A stretch of 64,000 nt of DNA from Octopus vulgaris (Eukaryota): contig OX597830.1 of the NCBI GenBank assembly GCA_951406725.2, forward strand, positions 51,522,001 through 51,586,000, given 5' to 3'. The notes beneath the pieces were generated by a model. The model had not been told where the DNA came from. It was given only the letters and a program-made list of their open reading frames with translations, and made no database searches. A program made the translations under genes and the position numbers. Below are positions 13,884 to 28,093 of this stretch, one piece after another; position 1 is the stretch's first letter, and every line of letters starts with the position of its first letter.

Positions 13884-13926
13884 ATAATAATTTTAAATTT
13901 GAGTATACACCTTGTGGTATACACAC

Positions 13927-13976
<50 letters not shown>

Positions 13977-14628
13977 GTTTTTGTGCTCTTTTAAAGCCTA
14001 ACCAGGCTCATGGGCCCGGTTTCCCGGTTTCAATGGCGTATGTATTCCCCACTTGGACGGGACGCCAGTCCATCACAGCGTTACTCATTTTTGCCAGCTG
14101 AGTGGACCGGATCAACGTGAAATGAAGTGTTTTGCTCAAGAACACAACACGTCGCCCGGTCCAGGAATCGAAAACACAATCTTACGATCATGATGCTGAG
14201 ACCGTAACCACTAAGCCACGTGCCTCCACATATATATAAGTAATAATTTTTAATTAGGGTACACATATCGAAGTACACTGTTTAAAGCTCGTTCAGATAC
14301 CTTTTGACAAGTCACCTGACGAGGCACGTCTTCACCGAATGGTGCACCTCAACTATTCGTACAGAATCTCATCGGTGAGGAATTGATGCACGGTGGTGGG
14401 TCGACTCGATCGTAGTGATTAATAAAGAATCTCACGAATTCCATTTCTTATTTCTTTTTCTCTTATGTATGTGCGTGTGTGTGTGTGTATGTGTAATATA
14501 TGTATTTATATACGTATATATATATATTCACGCGCACGTGCATGTGTGACTGTATGATATGTTGTAATGTATGTATGTATCATAAATGTCAATGTCAGAC
14601 AGCTTAAATTTCTTGATTTGTTTTCTAG

Positions 14629-14693
14629 TTGCTTTGGAAATCACGATGGATCTTGTGGGAAATGACACTGACTTAGAACAAATCCAATCCCAG
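14629..14693 (+). CDS. Exon: start of SEA-like domain 1
   Basis: ttttctag|TT ... CAG|gtaaga. 65 nt, phase 1 to 0. VALEITMDLVGNDTDLEQIQSQ, in frame with the EGF exon. Confidence 0.85.
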
Positions 14694-14731
14694 GTAAGAA
14701 TATTTTCAATTATCTTTGGTAAATATTTTCC

Positions 14732-14778
<47 letters not shown>

Positions 14779-14936
14779 AAATCTCAGAGCGAGTTATAAA
14801 CAGTAGCAGCAACAGTAGCAGTGACAGGGACAGAAAGTGTGTCTATAGCCAGCTGGAGGAGGTGTCCTCCTGGGGCTACAAACTACAGTAGCATCCACCC
14901 TTAGGGGTTAGCCATATTCAAATGGCAAATATACGT

Positions 14937-14993
<57 letters not shown>

Positions 14994-15198
14994 ATTTTTT
15001 GCGTAATAAGATAAAAAACCAGGGCTGTATACGCAGAAAATTCTTATATACACATGCTGACATAGAACCAACATTGAACCCTTTTTTCGCAATATTACCG
15101 AATCTGGAACTTAACTATGGTCTGTCTATACCACTTATTCAGCATTACCTGACACATTTAGGATTCAATAACACCATTATCTCATATATATATATATA

Positions 15199-15607
15199 GG
15201 CACAGGAGTGGCTGTGTGGTAAGTAGCTTGCTAACCGACCACATGGTTCCAGGTTCAGTCCCACTGCGTGGCATCTTGGGCAAGTGTCTTCTGCTATAGC
15301 CCCGGGCCGACTAATGCCTTGTGAGTGGATTTGGTAGACGGAAACTGAAAGAAGCCTGTCGTATATATGTATATATATATATGTGTGTGTGTATGTGTTT
15401 GTGTGACTGTGTTTGTCTCCCTAGCATTGCTTGACAACCGATGCTGGTGTGTTTACGTCCCCGTCACTTAGCGGTTCGGTAAAAGAGACCGATAGAATAA
15501 GTACTGGGCTTAGAAAGAATAAGTCCCGGGGTCGATTTGCTCGACTAAAGGCGGTGCTCCAGCATGGCCGCAGTCAAATGACTGAAAGAAGTAAAAGAGT
15601 AAAAGAG
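15199..15607 (+). mobile_element. SINE family A copy
   Basis: Colinear with 13161-13570. Confidence 0.85.
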
Positions 15608-15872
15608 TATATATATATATATACACACATATATTAGCCATTTGAGGTAGCATCGTAATTTATTAATCATTGCTGTCTCCACTATTTTACACCTGATGGA
15701 ACAGATCTGCAGATCTGCGATCAAATTCATTCCAGCCTTCATATTCCCGACTATTTCTAAAACAGCAAAGTTTGATTTGAAAGTAAGATGTGTTGGCTGG
15801 TATTTCTAACATTTCAAGCAAACACCTGAAGAGGCACACGTTATCGACCCGCCATAAAGAACTCTAATTACT

Positions 15873-15932
<60 letters not shown>

Positions 15933-16217
15933 ACATTTTGCCGTTCTTGCATGTAACCTGATGACGTGAGACAGTGAGTGTAAAATCCACTAGTTTATAA
16001 CTTAGCAATTGTTTATGACATCTGTACACTTTGATGCAGCTCAGGGCAGCTTTGTCAAAGGCAACGTGTCCTTCGTAATAACAGCACCACCCAGATTTCC
16101 ATGAAAACACAAATAGCTTGAAAACCTTTTTAATTGTGTCAGTCACGTCGCAAGAGCATATTAAACACAATGGTATATAATATATATTATAAAATGACTC
16201 ATATATATGTATATACA

Positions 16218-16296
<79 letters not shown>

Positions 16297-16409
16297 ATGT
16301 GTCTGTCTATCTGTCTGACTGTGTCTGTGTGTGTAGCATGTGTATGGTTGAGTTGCTGAATGTCAATGTATATGCTCTTAACAATATATATATATAATTT
16401 GTATATACA

Positions 16410-16472
<63 letters not shown>

Positions 16473-16665
16473 GAAGGGGTGCTGAAAAGTCCCTTGCTTT
16501 AATGGTATTGCCTGGTTGGAGGTCCAGGTTTCCGACACTTTTTATATAGGGCCTAGAAAAAACCTGAAGGAATATTGCAACAAGTGTGTGAATCTGAAAA
16601 GGGAATACGTTGAACAAAATCATAATTAACAGATCTTCCTTTATTTTCTTTTACCCAAACCCAGG

Positions 16666-16725
<60 letters not shown>

Positions 16726-16731
<6 letters not shown>

Positions 16732-16921
16732 TTTATAGAAGGAGCTTCTACAGGACTAGAACTGTTTCATTCAATGAAATCATCATGGCTTCCTGATGAT
16801 TTCATTTGAATGAAACAGTTCTAGTCCTGTAGAAGCTCCTTCTATAAAATAAATTAATTTACTCTGCCATTTATTGAGTACCTTATTTACTGTGGTTAAC
16901 CCCGACTCAACCCGGGAACTA
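16726..16921. mobile_element. Inverted-repeat element in (TA)n with a CUGAUGA..GAAAC remnant, Penelope-like
   Basis: Arms 16726-16785 and 16794-16854 with one indel and an 8-nt loop. CTGATGA at 16793 and GAAAC at 16812. Confidence 0.55.
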
Positions 16922-16922
16922 C

Positions 16923-16969
<47 letters not shown>

Positions 16970-18358
16970 TATATATATATATATACATATACAGAGAGAG
17001 AGAGAGAGAGAGGGATGGGTTAATCTTGTTTCAGTCTCTGTACGTCAGTTTTGGATTCCGTAGTAAAACATGAGTTTCGGTTTCGTTTGTTAATTACACG
17101 AATTTTACATTTCGTTTCAAGTGTATTCTAGTTTTACAATTTTACTTTGATCCACCTTTAGGAAATGAATGCCTCAATGAAATCGTTTATTACAGGCAAA
17201 AAATGAAAACCATATCAATGCTTGAAGGTGTAACTTGTACCTTGTGACACAGACCCGAGAATGATGCCCTCTATATGGTTTATTGCACAGAACAATTTTA
17301 TGTTGCAATGAAACCAAAATTATTGACAAAAGGGAATGGGTTCGACATGATGGGACTATGATGTTGCGTAAATTTTAATTCCATAATATTAATGTACCAA
17401 TAGTGATTGATTAACGTAACTTGAACTAAAATGCATCTTAATTAGTTCATAAAAGATATACATTGGAGAAATTAGGGGCACAAGCATAAACAGAGATGCA
17501 TGTGCGTGTGTGTGTGCGCGCGCGCGTGTTTACCTATGTCTGTATCTATGTCGGTATTTATCTAACAATATAAACAACAGTAAAATAAGGACAGAGACGT
17601 TTACTACCACGACAACGGCTACCGCCACTACTACTACTACTACTACTACGAGTACCAATACTTCTACGAGTACTACTACTACTACTTCTAATAATAATAA
17701 TAATAATAATAATATTAATAACCCTCAAAGGCACGCGTATATACATATATAATACGCATAAATATATATATTCACACGCCCACGTTTTTATTTCTTTAAA
17801 TGTATATAGATTGGTGTACAGATATATACACATATTATATATATATGATATATAATATGTATATATACATGTATAGTGAAGGCGCATGGCTGAGTGATTA
17901 GATAGTCGAGCGTACGATCGTGAGGTTGTAAGTTCGATTCCTGGTCCAGGTTGCGTGTAGTTTTCTTGAGCAAGGTACTTTATTACACGTTGATCCATTT
18001 AACTCAGCCGTAGAAATGAGTTGCGATAACACTGGTGCCAAGCTGTATCGGCCCCTTTGCCTTTCCCTCAGATAACATCTTTAGCATGGAGAGGGGAGGC
18101 TGGTATGTATGGGTGACTGCTGGCGTCCCATAAAAACAAATAGTCCGGACTTGTACCTCGGAGGGTAACATTCCAGGAGCAATCCCATTGGCATTCATGA
18201 CCGAAGGGGGTCTCCTCCTAAATACATACATATATATATGTATACAAATAATATATATATACATATAATGTATATATATATACATATATATATATTTATA
18301 TATAATATATACATAAATAGATATAATGTATACATATATACATATAATATATATATAC

Positions 18359-18413
<55 letters not shown>

Positions 18414-18503
18414 CATACATATAATATATATGTATATACTTAGAATAACTTAGAAAGGTTTTGGCCAGTACCGGCCCAGGCCATATCTAACTTAATAGCA
18501 CCA

Positions 18504-18548
<45 letters not shown>

Positions 18549-18673
18549 GAGGATAATATCGATATTTAAGTGTCGAAATTATCAAGTGGCCAGCATGACA
18601 GAAATACCTTACGAAGGTAAGAAAATTTTTAACCGGCATGTTGGTGTCTTTTAGACACCCTCATTTTTAATTG

Positions 18674-18712
<39 letters not shown>

Positions 18713-19104
18713 CATATAATGTATATATATATATGTGTGGGGGGTGTATACACAAAGACACACATTCATTTATCAAATATATTAGTATATAGATAAACAG
18801 ATACATAGATAGTTATGCACACCGCCATATATACATACATAGTTATCAATCCCTACAGTGCGAATGCACCATTAATATTCTTATAGCAATTAAATGTGAA
18901 TAATTCATGGCAAATCCTCTGGTTCTCTCACGGAGTTTTTCCGCTTTTTTATGCTTGGAAAAAGGTTCTGCCATTCTCTATGGCATCTTAGAGAAATCCA
19001 TTTCACATCGCTGGGCCTACTGTAAAAGCACTTAAACTTCCATTCCTTATGGTTCACAAGAATGAAGCCCCAACGGTACACACAGACATACACACACATG
19101 CATA

Positions 19105-19147
<43 letters not shown>

Positions 19148-19243
19148 GTATGTATGTATGTATTATATTATATATATCTATACACACACTCACACACACA
19201 CATATATATATATATGTATACATATATATATATACATATATAT

Positions 19244-19279
<36 letters not shown>

Positions 19280-19570
19280 GTATAAATATATATGTATATA
19301 TATATATTTATATATATATATACATATATATATAAATATATATATATGTATATACATATATGTGTGTATATATATGCGTGCATATATGTATATATGTCCA
19401 CGTGACTCTTATACGGGTATATGCATTTCTCGTTCTTTACAAAAATGTATAAACTGATATTAGAACAATATGTAAAACTGCACTGCGAAATATAAAAGTC
19501 GTTCTTTGTATTCTAGAAATTACGAATGTAATTTGTCGAGCGAAATACTCACATGCTCGCAATTGGTTGT

Positions 19571-19602
<32 letters not shown>

Positions 19603-20042
19603 ATGTGTGTGTGTGTGTGTGTGTGTTTACATACGTTTACTGTCTAACAGAATACACAGGCGTCTGAGCTCACCTACACACACGTATACATATATGTATA
19701 CATCTATTGCATGATGTTCCCTGATTCACTTCAAATACTTGTATGTAGGATCTGAATGCAGGTTTAACCGACTGCAATACAAGACGTTAATATTAACCCC
19801 TTCCCTTCTAACCAACGTGAGTTCTCCACTCATTCATACTATGGATTACGCTAAGTGCTGTTCCCAGTAGATAATACACTCGGCATTTCACATCCATCTT
19901 AAGAGAGAATCTTCAGCAACGCTCTTAGGTTTGCGCAGCAAAAGAACTGTAGAAGCTGAATTCAATGAAATCTTCGCACTCATACATACATACATACATA
20001 CATGTATAAATACATACATACATGACTACATACATGCATACA

Positions 20043-20109
<67 letters not shown>

Positions 20110-20272
20110 ACATATATGCATTTAGGAATACCTGCAAACGTTCATTCGTACATACATGTACCACTTTTAATTTCTTAAAAACATTCCACAGCTTTTGAAA
20201 TACTGTTATATTACGATAGCATAAGCTTCGTATGTGTGTGTGTGTGTATGTATACTCATATATATATGTATG

Positions 20273-20323
<51 letters not shown>

Positions 20324-20400
20324 GTATATATATATGTATATATATATGTATATATATATATGTATATATGTATGTATATATGTATATATATATGTATATA

Positions 20401-20445
<45 letters not shown>

Positions 20446-20799
20446 GTATATATATATGTATATATATATATATGTATATATACATGTATATATATATGTA
20501 TACATATATGTATATATATATGTATATATATATGTATATATATATATGTATATATATATATGTATATATATATGTGTATATATATATATATATATATAGA
20601 TATAGATATATATATAGTTAATCCAAACATGAAAACACAAAGAGAAAACCCAACAACGCGAGGACGTGGAACAAATATAGTATTATTGGACGCTGAGGAA
20701 GGAAGGGAAGAAAGAGGGTTTAACATTTCGAGCGGAGCTCTTCGTCGGTAACATAGGAGAAGAAAGATCCAGAGAAGGGAAGACAGAGGGAAAAAAATC

Positions 20800-20849
<50 letters not shown>

Positions 20850-20853
<4 letters not shown>

Positions 20854-21210
20854 TTAGGGAATAAATCCAAATTTACAGGGAAAAAATCAGATTTAGGATT
20901 AAATCCAATTTTATAGTAAAATATTATAAAATATTATTAGAGACAAAACCACTATTTTGCAAAACAAACAAGGAAAGACTTAATCAATACATAAAATTTT
21001 AATAAATAGTCAAAAAAAACCGCCACTACAATTGTTTCTTGTCTTGATCGACAATCTTCAGGTGGACTTCCAATAAGTCAGTTTCAAGTCGATCAAGACA
21101 AGAAACAATTGTAGTGGCGGTTTTTTTTGACTATTTATTAAAATTTTATGTATTGATTAAGTCTTTCCTTGTTTGTTTTGCAAAATAGTGGTTTTGTCTC
21201 TAATAATATT

Positions 21211-21219
<9 letters not shown>
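20850..21219. mobile_element. Young Penelope-like inverted pseudo-LTR element with a 132-bp inverted repeat, inserted in (TA)n
   Basis: Arms 20921-21052 and 21088-21219 read as reverse complements with a 35-bp spacer. Contains the hammerhead. Older relatives at about 30965-31045 and 47057-47205. Confidence 0.75.
21023..21065 (-). ncRNA. Minimal type I hammerhead ribozyme motif
   Basis: CCAC-CUGAAGA-UUGUC-GAUCAA-GACAA-GAAA-CAAUUG-UA-GUGG. Perfect stems I and II, palindromic helix III (ACAAUUGU), GUA triplet. Confidence 0.85.
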
Positions 21220-21280
<61 letters not shown>

Positions 21281-22269
21281 TACATATAAATATTTTATGA
21301 GCGGAGGCAGGATTACGGCGAAGGTTTAGGTGAGGCTGTCACGTTTAGTAAAATGTTTCTTTCATTTGCCGTCTTCAATGCCTTTGCGTGTTCATAAATG
21401 TGCGTTTATGTTTGTACGAACGTATGACCTAATGGTTAGGTTAGTGCATTGTGTTCTTGGGCAAGGTAGGAGAAGACGAAAAGCGCCCCCGACTTTTGCT
21501 TCTCTAAAACATTGTTCTTTTTTGAAAATACCGAATGAGGTATTAACCCTCTTACAATTTTATTACACTTTATGGACTAAAAAGTCCATTACAATTATAA
21601 ACAATTTAATAAATCGATAGACGTATTACATAAAAGGAGTCCCTAATAAACTTTCTTGCCTCCTGCAGGCATTCCAGCAGCCGCAAGTTGGGGGCCCATA
21701 AACAAGATCTGTACTGTTTCTTTGAGAAGGAGTCCATTATATGATAGAAGTTCCTTTCTTCTAGTGCCCGAGCCGCAACCTGAGGAGGCCACTCTGGAAT
21801 ACAAGTCGAGTCTATCAGGTCCCGACTGTTGAAAGAACTTTCTATATACTTCTCTATAGCCCCTCCCCTGAAACAGAAGATCACATATTCTTCAACATTT
21901 CCAGTGGGAGGGGCCTTCTTCTTCCCCCTCCTGTGACGTCATGCAAACTTTTCAATAGATGTTGAAAAGGTTGCAAGAAGCAACGAAAAAATTTTTTAGA
22001 AATAAATAAGTAAATGAGTGGAATTGTTACCGGTGAGTGTGTTAAATTATAAGGCGCTAAAAGAGAATGACTCTCCTCAGACACAACAGAATATGCTTCG
22101 ACACACGAACTCACATAAAGAATCTTGCAAACCAAATCTTGAAAATCTCTAGAAAGTGTATGTAACATGCTTGTAAAATCATGTACCTATGTGTAAATAT
22201 GCATATATTTCAGTGGATTTTGAATACATAAACATGTACATTTGTGAAATTAGAGCATTTACAGTAGAG

Positions 22270-22470
22270 CATTGGTTTTCAACCAGGGTTCCGCCAGTAC
22301 AGTCCAGGAGTTCCGCAAGAAGTTACAAAACTGCTAAAATCTGCAGTAAATTTTAATTCTCCTGTGCAGATATGTGTGCATAAGACTATTACATTATTGC
22401 ACAGGGGTTCCTCGAGCCAGTGGAATGTTTCCTTGGGGTTCCGCTCCAGCAAAATGTTTGAAAAGCACTG
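22270..22470. mobile_element. hAT-type MITE
   Basis: TIRs CATTGGTTTTCAA / TTGAAAAGCACTG with a near-perfect 8-bp TSD (cagtagag / ctgtagag). Confidence 0.75.
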
Positions 22471-22816
22471 CTGTAGAGAATAATGAGTCATTGACTACAA
22501 AAAATTGTACATATTAAAATTAATTAAACTGTATAATATTTGAGTTGTGATATACATAAGTTTTCTTATTTTCATCTTGATATTTTCATTTATATCCTCA
22601 CACTCTCATTAGCAACATATACATTTTGCAGCAACCCCTTCAATTGGAAAAAAAAATCGAACATTCATATAACCAAACGAAAATGTTGCAATTATCCTAA
22701 AAATAGCAAACAATTCGCCATCATTATTGACGGCTCGGGTATTCTTGTTATCTAAAAATTTCTTTTTTACACAACATTTCGTCTATCACCAATTCAATTA
22801 TTTTTGCATATTTCAG

Positions 22817-22881
22817 TTGGATATCCTCTCTGAACGGATTTCTACGGCATCGTTTTGGAAAATCGAATCTGCGGAACGAAG
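22817..22881 (+). CDS. Exon: SEA-like domain 1, middle
   Basis: tttcag|TTG ... AG|gtaatg. 65 nt, phase 0 to 2. LDILSERISTASFWKIESAER. Same size and phases as paralogous exon 45242-45306. Confidence 0.85.
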
Positions 22882-23539
22882 GTAATGGAGTGCAATAGTT
22901 CTGATTATTTCTTTGTTTTGTCTCGTTTATATTTATGCAGTTGCTTTACATCCTGTTCAATTAGTAAATTTTAAAATCATACTTGTGATCTACACTCACT
23001 GTCCTTCCATTCTTGTGTTTCTTACGTTTCTTTCTTGCTCGAATAATTGGTCTGTAGCCAACTTTAACCATAACGTACTTGATGCATTGAGTACACTTTA
23101 TTTGTTAATGACATAACGTGTGTGTGTGTATGTGTGTGTGTGTGTCTGTGTGTGTGTGTGTGTGTACATTTGATCCATTATCCTTTGCCCGACAAAATAT
23201 AGTATATATATATATATACACATATACATCTAGAACCATACTAATAGCTTACGAGTTTACGAGGAAATGTAGGATTTAAAGGTTTTCTGGGAATTGGCTT
23301 TGATAAAACTTGTCCCAGTTGGTTTGCACACTATGGCAACGCCATTGTTATGTTTTTATTCTGCATAACATCCTTTTTCTTTAATTTCAGACTCTTCATT
23401 TTGGGGATGAGCCACGCTAATAGCTTTTGAATAAAAATAGCTCAGCTAGACATTTTTTCCCAGATACATATTAAGCATCTTTTAGATATATATTTAACAG
23501 AAGACCATAATAATATTATAACATATATTGACATAATGA

Positions 23540-23960
23540 ATTACTTAGACTCATGAGCGCCAAGGAAGAAAAGATTCGATTGTGGGGCCTTCAAGACTAT
23601 GAAACCTGGACAAACACCAAAACCATTTTCACCGCCTTCGGACTTCCTCATGTCCTGAAAACCACCAGAAATCGCATCTAGGGACCTTGGCTTCCGTGCA
23701 AGAACCCTTAGAACTGTCTCCCCACAGTAGTTTGAGGCGTATATTGGCCCAAAAGTATATGACATTAGACCTGAGTTGTGTTCTGCTTATCAATGAAACC
23801 CTTGACGAACCTGACGGTTGGGCAAATGTTTGTGTCTATTTTGGAGATGAGCGTCACCAACGTTTACGACGTCAACAACCGGGTGGAGGAGTTACGTTGT
23901 GGGTTGGTATCATTGGGGACAGACTCGTTGGCCCAGTCATTCAAAAGCTATTAGGTTAGT
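23540..23960 (+). mobile_element. Tc1/Tc3-like transposase relic
   Basis: NETLDEPDGW...RRQQPGGGVTLWVGIIGDRLVGP resembles DE..FNLDGPDG...RQ.GGGSVMVW. Confidence 0.7.
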
Positions 23961-24140
23961 TCACCCAAAACCTGAAGAATCTGAAATAAAAGGAAAGGAT
24001 GTTATACAGAATTATGGAAAACGTAACAATGGTGTTGCCATAGTGTGTTAACCAGCTTGGAAACTTTCTATCATAATTGATTCACAGAAAATCGATAAAT
24101 CCTAAATTCCATTCGTAAGCTATTTGCGTGGTTTTGGGCA

Positions 24141-24171
<31 letters not shown>

Positions 24172-24659
24172 TACTCGTGAAAAAAAAAAATATATATGCA
24201 TATATATATATATCATTTATATTATCATATATATATATATGTGTGTGTATTTGTATGTATGTTTGTATGTATGTATGTATGTATGCATGTATACAATTTT
24301 CGTTTCTTCTTGACTTATGTTGCTTATGAATTAGCTCCCCTAGATAACGTTCTTTAGTTCATGAAAAGGCATAGGCAAAAACAAAAGATCTTTTATCGGA
24401 CAAATGATTAGGCACTACTAGTTTATTTATTATCAAGTTTATCTATGCGTTCTGAATTTTATGTGACCAGATATAGTTTTTTTGAATTTCTCACACTGGA
24501 AGTACTTAGATAGATGAATATATAGACAGGTAGCTCCACACCTGTATATACATATTTATCTACGCATATATACACATGCATGCAAAATGCAGAAATATAT
24601 GCGTACACATACCACTCTCTTACTCTTTCTTTTTCTCTTTCGCTTTATGCATATGAATA

Positions 24660-24704
<45 letters not shown>

Positions 24705-24746
24705 GCATGTATGTATGCATTTGTGTGTATATATATCTATATATAA

Positions 24747-24826
<80 letters not shown>

Positions 24827-25353
24827 GTACCTATATCTATATATGCATTGTGAAAGATAGGATGCGATAAGTAGTTCAAAGCAGATCAACAGCGAAGGAC
24901 AAACTTTGTTTTCGTTAAACGCTAAAATAAACGATACGCATTTAAATTAGAGATAATCAGACATTTAAATTAGCGATTAAAGCTGAGATAAGCAATATTT
25001 TCCTCATATCTCGTATTCAGGAAATCCAAAAGTATATAAGGACTATTGGTATATTTAACGCATTGGAATTTTTAAAATAAACATGATTTGAATAAATAAT
25101 TTGTGTGTTACTACACATGTTTCAGTAGCATTGCTACCATTACTACCATCATCCCATCAATGCACTTCACCTAATAAGACTCTAATGGTGTATTACCTGA
25201 AGATGTGGCGATATTATATAAACACCTAACTAACTGCATATTCGCATGTATCTCCCATGTTATTTGCTTGCCAAAATATATGGCACAATGTTAATAATTT
25301 TCTGTTGAAAACGTGCAGTAGTACCCAACTTATGCATTCGTTTCATGCTTATT

Positions 25354-25410
<57 letters not shown>

Positions 25411-26180
25411 GGTGTATATAAGTGCCCGGACAGATGCCATAGTAATGAAACTGAAGCACGAAGTGAGGCTGCAGAGCACAGGTTTACCGTGGAATCTGCT
25501 GTACGTGAGCACAACATAAAGATTTAACATCCTTACATTTAGAGTTCAAATTCCACCGTGATCTTCTACTTTTCGTTTTATACTTTCGGTCTCGATAAAG
25601 TAAGTATCTGTTGAGTATGAGATCGATCTAGCCCACTCCCAAACCATAACGATAAATACGCGTGTGTTGTTAAAATTGTGTTGAATCCGACGTTATAATT
25701 GGTAAATGCCCCAACATATTCCTTTTCAGTTAACCTTTCATTGACTTTTTAAAGTTCCACTAGGAAAAGAAAATGAGGATATAGAGGGAAGTGCTATCGA
25801 CCAGTGAATTTGAGAAAAGGTGGGCAAAAGTAGTTACTGTGACTCTAAGTATCTGCTTGTTCACTGAGTAACAGGTGACAAAGCTCGCATATTCGCGCGG
25901 TCATGGCAATCCTGGATCGGTGAGCATTTTAGTTAAACTTTTTCCTGTATCAGGGAGAGTGATACATTCATGGCCAGCAATTTTAGAGAGAGGGTAAGTC
26001 GATGATATCGATCCCAGTACTCAACTGGTACCAATTTTATCGAAAGGATGAATACTAAATTGGACCACGGCCTTTTGCCAAAATTTGTAAACAATTACTA
26101 CTTTATTACTGTTGTTATGATTTTTTTTTTAATATTGCTATTATTTTTATTAATTTTGTTCTTATTCTATCCTTCCTCAG

Positions 26181-26356
26181 GTACAAAATCTTGCATACAA
26201 AACAAATTATTCAGTTCCACCAACAAGTACAAGAATCTCAGTTGGTTGACCTGAGAGCTATTCTTTTGGATATCTACCACAAAGGCCTGCTTCAAAATAA
26301 TGCAAGGATTTTAGTCCACAACGGACCTTCGTTTCGGAATATTGATGGCATTGAAG
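26181..26356 (+). CDS. Exon: SEA-like domain 1, C-terminal part
   Basis: cctcag|G ... GAAG|gtagga. 176 nt, phase 2 to 1. RYKILHTKQIIQFHQQVQESQLVDLRAILLDIYHKGLLQNNARILVHNGPSFRNIDGIE, overlapping ORF 26191..26373. Confidence 0.88.
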
Positions 26357-26690
26357 GTAGGACTCATACATAGTTGTAATATTACATACGAACACAAACA
26401 TTCACACAGACATATATAAATCTTCAGTTTCTGTCAATCAAATCCACTCAAAAAGCTTTTGCTGGCCCGCGGCTATAGTCTGCTACTATAACCACTTGCC
26501 CAAGGTGCCCCTCAATAGGACTGGCTCCAGAACCTTGTGGTTGGGAAGCAAGCATCTTACCACACAGCCACTCCTGTGCCTATATGTGTGCATATATATA
26601 TATATATATTATATATTATATTATATATTATATTATATCATATCATATTATATATATATTATATTATATTATATTATATTATATCATATC

Positions 26691-26754
<64 letters not shown>

Positions 26755-27503
26755 CTAAACCGTTAGTAAGTATATGAAAGTGAGTTTGGAAGGATATATT
26801 ATCCGGGAGGATAGCGTATTAGCGCTCAGTTAAGTTCCATAACGAACACTATCTAACGTCTGTACCTACATTCAGTCGTCAATCACTCCGTGAATTCTTC
26901 CGATCGGTAATTCCATGTTCCCTTGGCTGAACAGCAGTTGTCTGCAGTGTATATTAATATTGCAAGTTTGTATTTACACCAGTGAGTAGTCGATGCAACG
27001 GAAACATGTGTAGGTCATTATAATACGATGTACGTACCTATGAAATAAATTTTGTACGTGTACAATTCCCCATACGCTTTATTACTATTAATATTAAATA
27101 TGTATACAAAGGCAGTGAGCTAGCAGGATCGTTAGCACCTTGGGCAAAATGCGTAGTGGCATTTTGCCTGTCGGTATGTTCTGAGCTCAAATTCCGCTGA
27201 GGTCGACTTTTTCGTTCAGCTGTTCGAGTTTGATAAAATAAGATACAATTGAACACCAGTGTCGATATATTTATATTATTATCTCCACTTCTTTCTAACT
27301 CTCCTGACTACCTTTGTCCAACCAGTCGCCATGATTGACTGCTAACTCCACAAGTTTTTTTCTTCTCTCTCTCTTTATTTCCTCGTGTCCCTTTCTGTTG
27401 ATGAGCGTAATCTCGAAATGTAAAAGACTTTCTCACCTTCCCGAGAGTTAAACTAATACACCTACTTCTTGTTTATACATCTGTTTTCGTCTTTACTCTT
27501 GAT

Positions 27504-27539
<36 letters not shown>

Positions 27540-27665
27540 CACATAGATAAAACTTAGATATGTTTCGACCAAAGATTGGTCCAGGCCATGTCTAACTTAA
27601 TAGCACCACCTGATAGGATTATCTGAATCCTGTTTAAGTCAAGTTTTGTTTATGGTCCATTCAAG

Positions 27666-27699
<34 letters not shown>

Positions 27700-27705
27700 A
27701 ATATA

Positions 27706-27744
<39 letters not shown>

Positions 27745-27752
27745 TTATATAA

Positions 27753-27785
<33 letters not shown>

Positions 27786-27852
27786 CATACATAAATATAT
27801 ATATATATATATATACATAAATATATATATATACATAAATATATATATATAC

Positions 27853-27894
<42 letters not shown>

Positions 27895-27966
27895 TACATA
27901 CATATATATATATGTATATATATATATTTATGTATATATATATTTATGTATATATATATATTTATG

Positions 27967-28035
<69 letters not shown>

Positions 28036-28052
28036 GTATATATATATATATT

Positions 28053-28093
<41 letters not shown>

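Noticed and set aside
19700-19930. Possible non-LTR RT fragment on the minus strand (TYKYL motif)
   Set aside because: Too short and degenerate to assign without a profile search.
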